The notes under the pieces are model-generated. The model had not been told where the DNA came from, ran no database searches, and saw nothing but the letters and a program-made list of their open reading frames with translations. Position numbers and translations under genes: made by a program. Shown piece after piece: positions 56,186 through 64,000 of a stretch of 64,000 nt of DNA. Each line of letters opens with the position of its first letter. Within the stretch, counting starts at the first letter, position 1. The stretch lies in the IMG/VR virus record IMGVR_UViG_3300028653_000011, one strand, 5' to 3'. Origin of the DNA: a virus. Lineage: Duplodnaviria > Heunggongvirae > Uroviricota > Caudoviricetes.

Positions 56186-56752
56186 ATGACATGCATCGTT
56201 GGCGTCGCGAAGGGCAACACGGTCTGGTTGGGCGGCGATAGTGCCGCGACGGGCGGGAACATGAATCGCACCATCATCAAGGATCCCAAGGTCTTCGTCC
56301 GCGGCGAGCTAGCCTTCGGCGTCTGCGGCCTACCTAAGGTGATGGACGCCGTGGCCCATGGCATCGAAATGCCCCAGCAACAAGGTGATACAAGCGATCG
56401 GACCTTTCTGGTCAATGAGCTGGTGCCGGCCCTCCGCGCGGGGCTCAAGCGCCTTGATTGTACCGCCAAAGACCCGCAATTCGGCACCGTCTTCATGGGA
56501 GGCATGTTGATCGGCTACCGAGGTGTCATCTATGAGTTGCAGGGCAATTTTCAACTGTGTACCTGCGCTGAAGGCTTTGCCTCGGTCGGCTCGGGCTCGC
56601 CCTTCGCCAAGGGCGCCCTCCATGCGTCGAATGGCAAGGGCAGTCCCCGCAAGCGGATCCTCAACGCCCTCGAGTGCGCGACAAAGGGCAATGCGGGCGT
56701 CGCCCCACCCTTTGTCATCGTCAGTGTCAAGCAGAAAAGGAAGTGGCTGTAA
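56186..56752 (+). CDS. Proteasome-beta/HslV-like Ntn-hydrolase
   Basis: M-TCIVG, GDS, PKVF, SVGSG; SD AAGGAG upstream. Confidence 0.75.
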   Translation: MTCIVGVAKGNTVWLGGDSAATGGNMNRTIIKDPKVFVRGELAFGVCGLPKVMDAVAHGIEMPQQQGDTSDRTFLVNELVPALRAGLKRLDCTAKDPQFGTVFMGGMLIGYRGVIYELQGNFQLCTCAEGFASVGSGSPFAKGALHASNGKGSPRKRILNALECATKGNAGVAPPFVIVSVKQKRKWL

Positions 56753-56754
56753 GC

Positions 56755-57336
56755 ATGACCTGCGTCGTTGGGTTGGAAGATCACGGCATCATCTACGTCG
56801 GTGCGGACAGTGCGGGCATCGACTCTCACTCGTTGAGCATCGTCGGCCGCGCCGACGAGAAGGTCTTCGTCACCGATGACGGCGACTTCATCATGGGCTT
56901 TGCGGGCTCTTTCCGCATCGGTCAGCTGCTGCGCTATGCCCTCGTCACCCCTGATCAACCGGGCCGCATGGATGACATGGCCTACATGGTCACCGACTTC
57001 ATCGACGCCGTGCGCGCAATGCAGCACGACAAAGGCGCGCGAGAGAAGAAGGACGAACTTGAACAGCACGAGGCCTCGTTCATCGTCGGGTATCGAGGTC
57101 ACCTCTATGTCATCGAGAGCGACTACCAGGTGGGTCGACCCATCGACAACTATGCCGCGATCGGTTGTGGAGCTGACATGGCCTTGGGTGCCATGTACGC
57201 GACCAAGAAGCTGAAGATGAAGCCTGAAGAGCGATTGATGTTGGCGCTGCAGGCGGCCGCAGAGTTTAGCGCCGGCGTCAGGCCACCCTTTCACATCCTG
57301 AAGCTCGAACCTCCTGTTGTTGACGAGGCAAAGTAG
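56755..57336 (+). CDS. Proteasome-beta/HslV-like Ntn-hydrolase (tandem paralog)
   Basis: M-TCVVG, ADS, EKVF, GFAGSFR, AIGCG. Confidence 0.75.
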   Translation: MTCVVGLEDHGIIYVGADSAGIDSHSLSIVGRADEKVFVTDDGDFIMGFAGSFRIGQLLRYALVTPDQPGRMDDMAYMVTDFIDAVRAMQHDKGAREKKDELEQHEASFIVGYRGHLYVIESDYQVGRPIDNYAAIGCGADMALGAMYATKKLKMKPEERLMLALQAAAEFSAGVRPPFHILKLEPPVVDEAK

Positions 57337-57345
57337 GAGAACACC

Positions 57346-57660
57346 ATGGGCGCACACCTGATCAATGGTGAGTTTCAAAGCGACAAATATCCGACGTGTC
57401 CCCGGGGAAAGGTGCCATTGAGCGTCAAGGATCCGACGGCACAAGACCTGCTGTGGGAGTACGCGCAGCGTCGCCGCGCAGTTGATGCCGAGTTTGCTGA
57501 CGATCTGGAGACGGCGCTGCGCGCGTGTGGTTATGAGCCCAGGGGCATCACTAGGATTTCAAAGTCCGATGCCGAATACTTGCGAGGCGAGCCTTCACCA
57601 CTGAAAATTCTGATCCCAAATTCTATTGAAGAAGACGACCCGCCTGAAAGTGAGGAGTGA
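57346..57660 (+). CDS. Hypothetical protein
   Basis: SD AGGAG upstream. Confidence 0.55.
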   Translation: MGAHLINGEFQSDKYPTCPRGKVPLSVKDPTAQDLLWEYAQRRRAVDAEFADDLETALRACGYEPRGITRISKSDAEYLRGEPSPLKILIPNSIEEDDPPESEE

Positions 57661-57965
57661 ACATGACATCGAGAGACTTCTGCTACTGGCTCCAGGGCTT
57701 CTTGGAGCTCCGCGATGCAGGTTACTCGGGTACGAACATCTCGCTGACCCACGAACAGCTCGACTGCATCAAGCGTCACCTGGCGATGGTGTTCAAGCAC
57801 GAGATTGACCCGAGCATGGGTGATGAGGCTCACCGTGACGAGCTGCAGGACATCCACGACGACGATGCGACTGCCAAGCAACCCATTAGACCCAAACGCG
57901 TGAACGTCTCCGTCCTCGACCAGCGCGGTCCCACGTTCGATCCCAACGTCAGGTTGATGTGCTGA
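57657..57965 (+). CDS. Hypothetical phage protein
   Basis: MTSRDFCYWLQGFLEL. Confidence 0.6.
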   Translation: MNMTSRDFCYWLQGFLELRDAGYSGTNISLTHEQLDCIKRHLAMVFKHEIDPSMGDEAHRDELQDIHDDDATAKQPIRPKRVNVSVLDQRGPTFDPNVRLMC

Positions 57966-57966
57966 G

Positions 57967-58551
57967 ATGGCCGACACCAACGCCTCTCTGATCGTCTTCT
58001 GTGGGCCCATGATGTCGGGCAAGACGTCGAAGCTGTTGATGGCCCTCGAGCGCCTCAAGTACCAGCACAAGCGCGTTGCCGTCTTCAAGCCCTCGCTCGA
58101 CGTCAGGTACAGCGCCAGCGAAATCGTCAGCCACTTGGGTTGGCGGCACCCGGCGACGACGGTGCAAGGCGGCGCCGACATCCTCGAGGCACTGGCTGAG
58201 GCCGACGTGGCACCTGATGCGATTGCCGTCGACGAGGCCTTCATGATCCCGGGTGTCGCAGGGGTGTTGACGTGGTTGTACCGCACCGGCGTCGACGTCG
58301 TCGTCTCCACGCTCGACATTTCGGCGACGGGCAAGCCCTTTCCCGAGGTCGAGAAGTTGTTGCCGTGGGCCACGCACATCGAGAAGTGCTCGGCCGTCTG
58401 CACCCAGTGTGGCCGTGACGCCTTCTACACCCACAAGAAGCAGGTGTCGACCGACGATGAGATTGAAGTCGGTGGTGCCGAGATGTACGAGCCGCGTTGT
58501 AGCCGCCATCACGTCGCGATCGATCTGCGGCCCAAGCTCAATGAGCCATGA
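57967..58551 (+). CDS. tdk: Thymidine kinase
   Basis: CGPMMSGKT, VDEA, CTQCG, YEPRC. Confidence 0.9.
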   Translation: MADTNASLIVFCGPMMSGKTSKLLMALERLKYQHKRVAVFKPSLDVRYSASEIVSHLGWRHPATTVQGGADILEALAEADVAPDAIAVDEAFMIPGVAGVLTWLYRTGVDVVVSTLDISATGKPFPEVEKLLPWATHIEKCSAVCTQCGRDAFYTHKKQVSTDDEIEVGGAEMYEPRCSRHHVAIDLRPKLNEP

Positions 58552-58808
58552 AACCCGGCGATCTCATCGCGCGGGTGTACGAATCTGACGGCGTTACAGC
58601 ACTTCGTAGAGAAGAATTGTTATCATCGGTGACGGGCGATTACGTGCCCATTGGGGGCATTCACCTGTTGATCAGCTATGTCGATGGAATATTGACATGG
58701 TTGCCTTTGGGTGCAAACTGCAACGAGTTGTTTAGTGCGGACGAGAACGACACCGAAGCCGGCATTGCAGGCGACGACGTCATCTACGTACACGTGAGCC
58801 TGACATGA
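58548..58808 (+). CDS. 'MKPGDLIEW'-family protein (diverged)
   Basis: MKPGDLI...YVPIGGIHLLIS..DGILTWLPLG. Confidence 0.65.
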   Translation: MKPGDLIARVYESDGVTALRREELLSSVTGDYVPIGGIHLLISYVDGILTWLPLGANCNELFSADENDTEAGIAGDDVIYVHVSLT

Positions 58809-59095
58809 AGCCAGGCGACCTCATCGAGTGGGCGTATAGGGTTGATAATTGTGTCGTTGTTCACAGTGAATATTTGTGGTCATCGGTGTTCAATCGTTTT
58901 GTGCCCATTGGGGGCATCCACCTGCTGATCGGACGCGCCGATGGGATATTGACGTGGCTGTCTCTACGTGCAGCTCACAAGGGCTTGTTGCGAGCCGCCG
59001 AGCGCGATGTGCTGTGCCTAAGGGCGGAACGTCCTGCCGGCAAGGGTTGTTACGCACGTGTCTTCGGGCGCGGTGCGGTGAGGCCGACGGTGTAA
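58805..59095 (+). CDS. 'MKPGDLIEW'-family protein
   Basis: Family motifs; KGLLRAA; repeat-like GGTTGTTACGCACGTG at 59045. Confidence 0.65.
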   Translation: MKPGDLIEWAYRVDNCVVVHSEYLWSSVFNRFVPIGGIHLLIGRADGILTWLSLRAAHKGLLRAAERDVLCLRAERPAGKGCYARVFGRGAVRPTV

Positions 59096-59124
59096 TCGAT
59101 GATCCACCGTGGTATGATCAGTAG

Positions 59125-60264
59125 GTGATACCCATTCGCCGCCCATTCACAATGAAACTGCCCGCTGAAGTGTTGACCCTATCGAGCCTCTTCAATCAGG
59201 TGGGTCATGAGCTCTACGTGGTCGGCGGTGCCGTTCGCGATGCGGTGTTGGGGCAATCACCCAAGGACTTTGACGTGGCGACGGGGGCGACACCAGACCA
59301 AGTGGTGAAGCTGCTGAAGACACTGCCTGGCGGGTGCAAGATCAATGCCGTCGGCAAGTCATTCGGCGTCGTCAAGGTGCAGTTCTACGCCGCGCGCAAT
59401 GAACTCGAGATCGCCACGTTCCGCCAGGACGTGGGTGCAGGGCGAAGGCCTGAAAGCGTCGTCTTTACCACGATCGACGAGGACGTCAAGCGCCGTGATT
59501 TAACGATCAACGCGCTGTTCTTCGACATCGAACGCAGCGAACTCGTCGATCTGGTGGGCGGGTTGGCTGACCTCGACGCCAAGCTCGTCAGGACGGTGGG
59601 CGACCCATTCGCACGCTTTGCCGAAGATCGCCTCCGCATCCTGCGCGCCGTCAGGTTCGCCTGCAAGTTGGGCTTTGACATCGAAGGGATGACTGCGCAG
59701 GCGATCAAGCACGACCCCAACCTTCACGGCGTGTCGCCTGAGCGCATTCACGACGAGTTCACTCGTGCCGTGGCGACGGCGAAACACGTGCCGGCACTGA
59801 TGCAGCACCTGAACTACTTTGACCTGTGGCCTCACGTGCTGCCGGGCCTCAACGTGTCGTACCAGTTGGCCGAAGGCATCACCTCACGCGTGCCTGAGGT
59901 CGCACTAGCAGTGCTGCTCGATCACCAGCGACCGTGTGGCATCGACGAGCGTTTGGCCGCGCTGAAGTACAGCGCTCACGAGATCTCGCGGACGACGTTC
60001 CTGTTGAGGTACCGCGACCTCGAGGTGTCGAGTGCCTTCAAGCTGCGCAAGGCCTTCTTGGCGTGCTCGATGAGCGCTGAGGTGCTGCAGGACTACTATC
60101 GCCTGCGGGGCCTGCCCGTCACTGCGTTGGTCAGGGCCTTCAACGACTACCTGCGCGCGGCGCCCGTCAAGGGCGGCGACGTGATGAAGGATGGTTTTGC
60201 TAAGCAGGCGCTTGGCGCTGAGATTGAACGACGTGAGACCGAGATTTTCAAGGGGTTGCTATGA
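59125..60264 (+). CDS. CCA-adding enzyme / poly(A) polymerase family nucleotidyltransferase
   Basis: VVGGAVRD, DFDVAT, RRDLTINA, EDRLRILRAVRF. Confidence 0.9.
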   Translation: MIPIRRPFTMKLPAEVLTLSSLFNQVGHELYVVGGAVRDAVLGQSPKDFDVATGATPDQVVKLLKTLPGGCKINAVGKSFGVVKVQFYAARNELEIATFRQDVGAGRRPESVVFTTIDEDVKRRDLTINALFFDIERSELVDLVGGLADLDAKLVRTVGDPFARFAEDRLRILRAVRFACKLGFDIEGMTAQAIKHDPNLHGVSPERIHDEFTRAVATAKHVPALMQHLNYFDLWPHVLPGLNVSYQLAEGITSRVPEVALAVLLDHQRPCGIDERLAALKYSAHEISRTTFLLRYRDLEVSSAFKLRKAFLACSMSAEVLQDYYRLRGLPVTALVRAFNDYLRAAPVKGGDVMKDGFAKQALGAEIERRETEIFKGLL

Positions 60265-60821
60265 AGAAGACATTCGAGGAAGCATGGGCCGAGAAGGAGA
60301 AACAGGGCTACCAGTACGGCGCCGACGCCCTGGAGCAGGTTCGCATGGGATGGGAGCTGCACGAAGGTGCTGATGAGCCCAAGGTCGGTCGATCACCTTG
60401 GCCTACGCGGTGGATGAATGTCGCTCGCTTGCTAGCCAGTGAGTGTTCTTATGACCCAAGACTGAAGGTCTGTGCAATCATGGTGCCCGAGGACAATACG
60501 GGAATCATGGCTTTTGGGTACAATGGGAATGCGAAGGGCATGCCCAATGAAGTCGAGTCACTTGTTCCCGGCCAATCAGGTGCGATTCACGCTGAACAAA
60601 ATTGCCTCATTAAGGCACCATTCCACTTTCCACTCAAGAAACACATGTACATCACCCACAGTTCATGCAGGGCCTGTGCCAAGCTCCTGATCAACGCCAA
60701 CGTGTCGCGCGTGGTCTATGGAGAGCTGTACCGCGACGCGTCGGGCCTCGACCTGCTGCGAGCAGCGGGAATAGAGGTTTACTCCGAGGCAGAAGCCGTG
60801 GCCCTTACGGCACGGGCGTGA
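60261..60821 (+). CDS. dCMP deaminase
   Basis: GYNG, HAEQN, HSSCRAC. Confidence 0.85.
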   Translation: MKKTFEEAWAEKEKQGYQYGADALEQVRMGWELHEGADEPKVGRSPWPTRWMNVARLLASECSYDPRLKVCAIMVPEDNTGIMAFGYNGNAKGMPNEVESLVPGQSGAIHAEQNCLIKAPFHFPLKKHMYITHSSCRACAKLLINANVSRVVYGELYRDASGLDLLRAAGIEVYSEAEAVALTARA

Positions 60822-60834
60822 TACTTATGCCAAA

Positions 60835-61146
60835 GTGATGAAGAAGCTACAGGAAGTCGACGTCATTCGCATCATGCGCGAGGAATGGTCAGCGAAGGTC
60901 AAGACCCTTGCCGAGGAGGTTGACGTCGTCATGAACTCCAAGGTGAAGGATGGTAGCACGGTGGGGGTGCTCTCGCCGGGATTAAAGATAAAACATAAAC
61001 AAAGTGGGATTTTGTACACCGTCATGTCCGTCGGCCCACGTGATGTGCTGATCAGGCCGCCCGATGGAGACCCAAATGGATCAATTAGTGACACTGCGAT
61101 GCTCGTCGATGCTGCTGAGCTAGAGCAGTCCTACAAGCTTGACTGA
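60835..61146 (+). CDS. Leader-motif hypothetical protein
   Basis: TACTTA at 60822-60827; DVIRIMREE. Confidence 0.6.
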   Translation: MMKKLQEVDVIRIMREEWSAKVKTLAEEVDVVMNSKVKDGSTVGVLSPGLKIKHKQSGILYTVMSVGPRDVLIRPPDGDPNGSISDTAMLVDAAELEQSYKLD

Positions 61147-61165
61147 AATTGGGAGATCAATACGA

Positions 61166-61894
61166 ATGGCACAGCACGATAAAGAAGACCAGTTGACCGA
61201 TCTCCTCAAGGGCGTCGACATCAAGGGCATCGTCAATGGCGCGTTGCAGAAGGGTGGTGCTGTCGCTGCCCCCATCGACGAGGCCTACGTGGCGCAGCCC
61301 AAGCCCTACTCGCAGGTGACGGAGTTCGTGTCCCAGAAGACGAAGGACGCCCACACGTCGCTGTACCAGAAGTACGTCGAGACGTTGAACCGGGTGTCTG
61401 CTGAACTCGACACTGCTTCGAAGTCGGAAGCCAACAGCAACCACTCCGACTTCAGGAGCCTGAAGCTTGATGAGACGCGGTTGCTGAACGCGGTTTGGCT
61501 ACATGAACTTTACTTCGCCAACTGCTTTGACGTTCATAGTGAGTGCTACATGAATTCCATGGCGTACATCCGCCTGGAACGTGACTTCGGCACCTTTGAG
61601 GACGCACAGCAGGACATGATGGCATGTGCGCTGGCCTGCGGTGAGGGCTGGATGATCACCGCCTACAACATGTTCCTCAAACGCTACGTCAACGTCATGG
61701 TCACCGACAACAGCCACGACGTGATGTTGGGGCTGTACCCGATCATCGTCATCGACATGCATGCTCACGCGTACTTCAAGGACTACCTGACTGACAAGAA
61801 GAGCTACCTCGTAGCGATGATGCGCCAGCTCAACTGGAACGTCATCGAAGAGCGGTTCACCAAGGCTGAATCGATTGCCGAGGTGGTCAAGTGA
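61166..61894 (+). CDS. Fe/Mn superoxide dismutase-like protein
   Basis: AHTSLYQKYV, LHELYF, IDMHAHAYFKDY (canonical DxWEHAY). Confidence 0.8.
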   Translation: MAQHDKEDQLTDLLKGVDIKGIVNGALQKGGAVAAPIDEAYVAQPKPYSQVTEFVSQKTKDAHTSLYQKYVETLNRVSAELDTASKSEANSNHSDFRSLKLDETRLLNAVWLHELYFANCFDVHSECYMNSMAYIRLERDFGTFEDAQQDMMACALACGEGWMITAYNMFLKRYVNVMVTDNSHDVMLGLYPIIVIDMHAHAYFKDYLTDKKSYLVAMMRQLNWNVIEERFTKAESIAEVVK

Positions 61895-62544
61895 AACTCC
61901 GCGTCGGCGACCTCAAGCGCATCCTTGTCGAGGCCCAGCGTGGCCAACTGACGACCTATCACCGCATCCTGTTGACCGAGGAGGGCGATTCGGCTGCCCA
62001 CACCGAAGGTGGTAGCGGTGAGTCGCTCGACAATCAGGTCGACAAGTACCTGATGCAGTACGAGAACGACTCCAAGAAGACCGACGGTGAAGTCCCCGGG
62101 GGTACGGTGGGCCAGATGGAGTCGGCTGACTGGCGCGACATCTGCCGTGGCATTCTGAATGAGGCAGGCGATGATGACGCCGCCGACAAGCCCGCCAAGC
62201 CTGACCCCGATGCCGATGGCACCGAGGACGCCGGCGCGCCCGCCAAGCTCGGTGTTGACAGCCTCGACGTCGAGAAGTTCGCCAGCAACGTCGTCCGCCT
62301 GATCGAGAACTACGACAGCCTGCTCGAGGTGCGCAATACCCTGATGCGCCGCGCCAAGGCATTCTTGGCCAAGACCTACGATGATGAGGTCTGCAAGACC
62401 TACGACGACGTGCTGCGCGATGACCACGGCATGGAGCCCGGTGCCAACAAGGGCGAGCTCAACGCCGACAAGTACCCAGCGCCCGCCGCCGACCGTGCCA
62501 GTGGCAGCGCCGAAGCGGGCCCCGGAGGGGGAGGCGCTCCGTGA
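61891..62544 (+). CDS. Leader-motif acidic protein
   Basis: MKLRVGDLKRILVE. Confidence 0.6.
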   Translation: MKLRVGDLKRILVEAQRGQLTTYHRILLTEEGDSAAHTEGGSGESLDNQVDKYLMQYENDSKKTDGEVPGGTVGQMESADWRDICRGILNEAGDDDAADKPAKPDPDADGTEDAGAPAKLGVDSLDVEKFASNVVRLIENYDSLLEVRNTLMRRAKAFLAKTYDDEVCKTYDDVLRDDHGMEPGANKGELNADKYPAPAADRASGSAEAGPGGGGAP

Positions 62545-62927
62545 AGAGAAACGGCGTCCTCAGGAGAAAGAACATACACGTCAAGCTGACCCGGGAGACG
62601 CACACTGCCTTCAAGATGCGCCTGTTGGAGCACGACGTGCCGATGCAGCGTGCCTTTGAGGCCTTCGCCGAGGCCGTCGCCGACGGTTGGCAACCTGCAA
62701 TCAACATCGTCATCCGCGAAGTCCGCCGGAAGTTGAAAGACGAGTTGTTGTCGGTGGGCATCAAGCCGATCGACCTGAAGCGCAAGTTGAAGGCGCCTGG
62801 TCCTGTCAGTGAACTCGACGCAGACACGTTGTATGATTTGATCAGCGACGACGAGGATGATTCGGAATCGCCCAATGACGATGAAGAACCACCCATGACG
62901 CAAGGACATCACCATGAAGCTGCTTGA
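62541..62927 (+). CDS. Ribbon-helix-helix-like DNA-binding protein
   Basis: KNIHVKLTRETHTAFK...PMQRAFE. Confidence 0.5.
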   Translation: MKRNGVLRRKNIHVKLTRETHTAFKMRLLEHDVPMQRAFEAFAEAVADGWQPAINIVIREVRRKLKDELLSVGIKPIDLKRKLKAPGPVSELDADTLYDLISDDEDDSESPNDDEEPPMTQGHHHEAA

Positions 62928-63189
62928 TAAGGCCTTCAACAAGGCGCTGATGTTGGCTCCACCCATCGTGGAGTTAGTCAATGCCCTCAAGTCATGCGTG
63001 GACACGCTGCATGAACTAGCGCAGCACACGGCATCGCTGATTCGTACCCAGACTTATCACCAGCGCGTTCTCGAACACCTGCACGCTCAACAGCAGCAGA
63101 TCATCGGTCGCATGATGGAACACAAGCTCGACACCACGCTGCCCGCACTCGGCGACGGCGTCATTGACGACAAGAACAAGCCCAATTGA
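62914..63189 (+). CDS. Hypothetical coiled-coil protein
   Basis: Intact ORF in operon orientation. Confidence 0.5.
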   Translation: MKLLDKAFNKALMLAPPIVELVNALKSCVDTLHELAQHTASLIRTQTYHQRVLEHLHAQQQQIIGRMMEHKLDTTLPALGDGVIDDKNKPN

Positions 63190-63207
63190 ATTCACGAGGA
63201 GAACACC

Positions 63208-63285
63208 ATGGTCGACAAGAAGAAGTCATCGCCTGACAAGGGCACCCAGGGTCACGTCATCCCGGGGACGGATCCGATTCTATGA
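63208..63285 (+). CDS. 25-aa ORF MVDKKKSSPDKGTQGHVIPGTDPIL (not in ORF track)
   Basis: SD GAGGAG; the stop overlaps the next start (ATGA). Confidence 0.45.
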   Translation: MVDKKKSSPDKGTQGHVIPGTDPIL

Positions 63286-63686
63286 GCCTCTCTGTCTTCG
63301 GCGTCGTCCTCAACTTTCTCAAGGCACACTGGGGCGCGATCGCGCTGGTCGGCCTCGTGGCGGTGGGTTATGGCTGGTTCCACCACCAGAATGCGCTCAA
63401 CGTCGCTGCACTTGCACAGCTCAACACCGCCCACCAAGTCGAGATCACCGCAATCAACAAGGCCCGTGCCGACGAGGAAGCACAGCACGCGCAGGAGCAG
63501 CAGGCCCTGCAGGCGTCGCTGGCTCAGGCCCAACAACAGTTTGAGCAGGCCACCGCTGCACTGGCAGTGAAGCAGGCCGCCGAACAAACGAAGATCGCCA
63601 AGCAGTACGCCAATGATCCCGTTGGGCTAGCGACGCTGTTGAGCGCCAAGTTCGGTTTCGCCGTGCAACCCCCGGCGGGCCAGTGA
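63282..63686 (+). CDS. TM-anchored coiled-coil protein (i-spanin-like)
   Basis: N-terminal TM segment followed by an Ala/Gln-rich coiled coil. Confidence 0.5.
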   Translation: MSLSVFGVVLNFLKAHWGAIALVGLVAVGYGWFHHQNALNVAALAQLNTAHQVEITAINKARADEEAQHAQEQQALQASLAQAQQQFEQATAALAVKQAAEQTKIAKQYANDPVGLATLLSAKFGFAVQPPAGQ

Positions 63687-63694
63687 GGTCGCTC

Positions 63695-64000
63695 ATGAAT
63701 TCACCTCGCATCATCGCCACGGTGACAGTCGTCGCCCTGATCGCTGCAACGTCGGTGCCCGCTTGGGCCGACGACGCCGTGCTCGCAGCGAACCATGCAG
63801 CATCGGATGCAGCCTCCAACGCAGCTAGCGCTCGGGTCACCGTAGCGCTCACTGCCCCTGCACCGGTGGTCACCACGCCGCCCCCAGTAATTACGCCGCT
63901 CAAGCTTGGGCAGGTAGCTCCGTACCCGGGTGTGCTATTTTCTCCCAGCGCTGTAGGCCAGATCATTGCCCAGCAGGACACGGCGATGGCCACGTTGCAG
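63695..64000 (+). CDS. Signal-peptide-bearing protein, 3'-partial
   Basis: MNSPRIIATVTVVALIAATSVPAWA|D; open to the window end. Confidence 0.55.
   Translation, partial: MNSPRIIATVTVVALIAATSVPAWADDAVLAANHAASDAASNAASARVTVALTAPAPVVTTPPPVITPLKLGQVAPYPGVLFSPSAVGQIIAQQDTAMATLQ

Noticed and set aside
1-64000. Alternative genetic code (stop-codon reassignment)
   Set aside because: Core genes (RecA, NrdJ, DnaE, ThyX) are full length in code 11, and TAA, TAG and TGA all terminate genes.

Overview
This is a 64 kb, GC-rich, mostly plus-strand segment of a large tailed (jumbo-type, probably myovirus) phage genome read in the standard genetic code. It runs from the end of a baseplate module into a replication/recombination block (polymerase-domain-only PolA, gp32-like SSB, RecA, flap nuclease, DnaB-like helicase, DnaE) and nucleotide metabolism genes (class II RNR, ThyX, Tmk, Tdk, dCMP deaminase, MazG-like pyrophosphatase). 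It also holds three orphan DNA methyltransferases, about seven AT-richer homing-endonuclease-like genes, RNA repair/processing enzymes and several auxiliary genes. All family assignments come from motif recognition by eye; no database search was run. Main observations: (1) a perfect 3x28-nt type I-E-like CRISPR mini-array inside the 3' end of a small ORF (53798-53949), which belongs to a dispersed six-member 'MKPGDLIEW' family whose other members carry degenerate repeat-spacer-repeat units at the same 61-62 nt period, with no cas genes in the window; (2) a likely cytosine hypermodification pathway (T4 gp42-like dCMP hydroxymethylase, GT-B glycosyltransferase, UDP-glucuronate decarboxylase, NDP-sugar epimerase) suggesting a pentosyl-hmC; (3) a shared N-terminal 'MKxTxxxLRxLIxE' leader on about 11 unrelated proteins, mostly behind a TAnTTA motif; (4) a YTGAAC-N17-TAnnnT promoter class that mostly drives leaderless mRNAs; (5) a tRNA-Gly(ACC)-like element; (6) a structured minus-strand locus encoding a 21-aa hydrophobic peptide.
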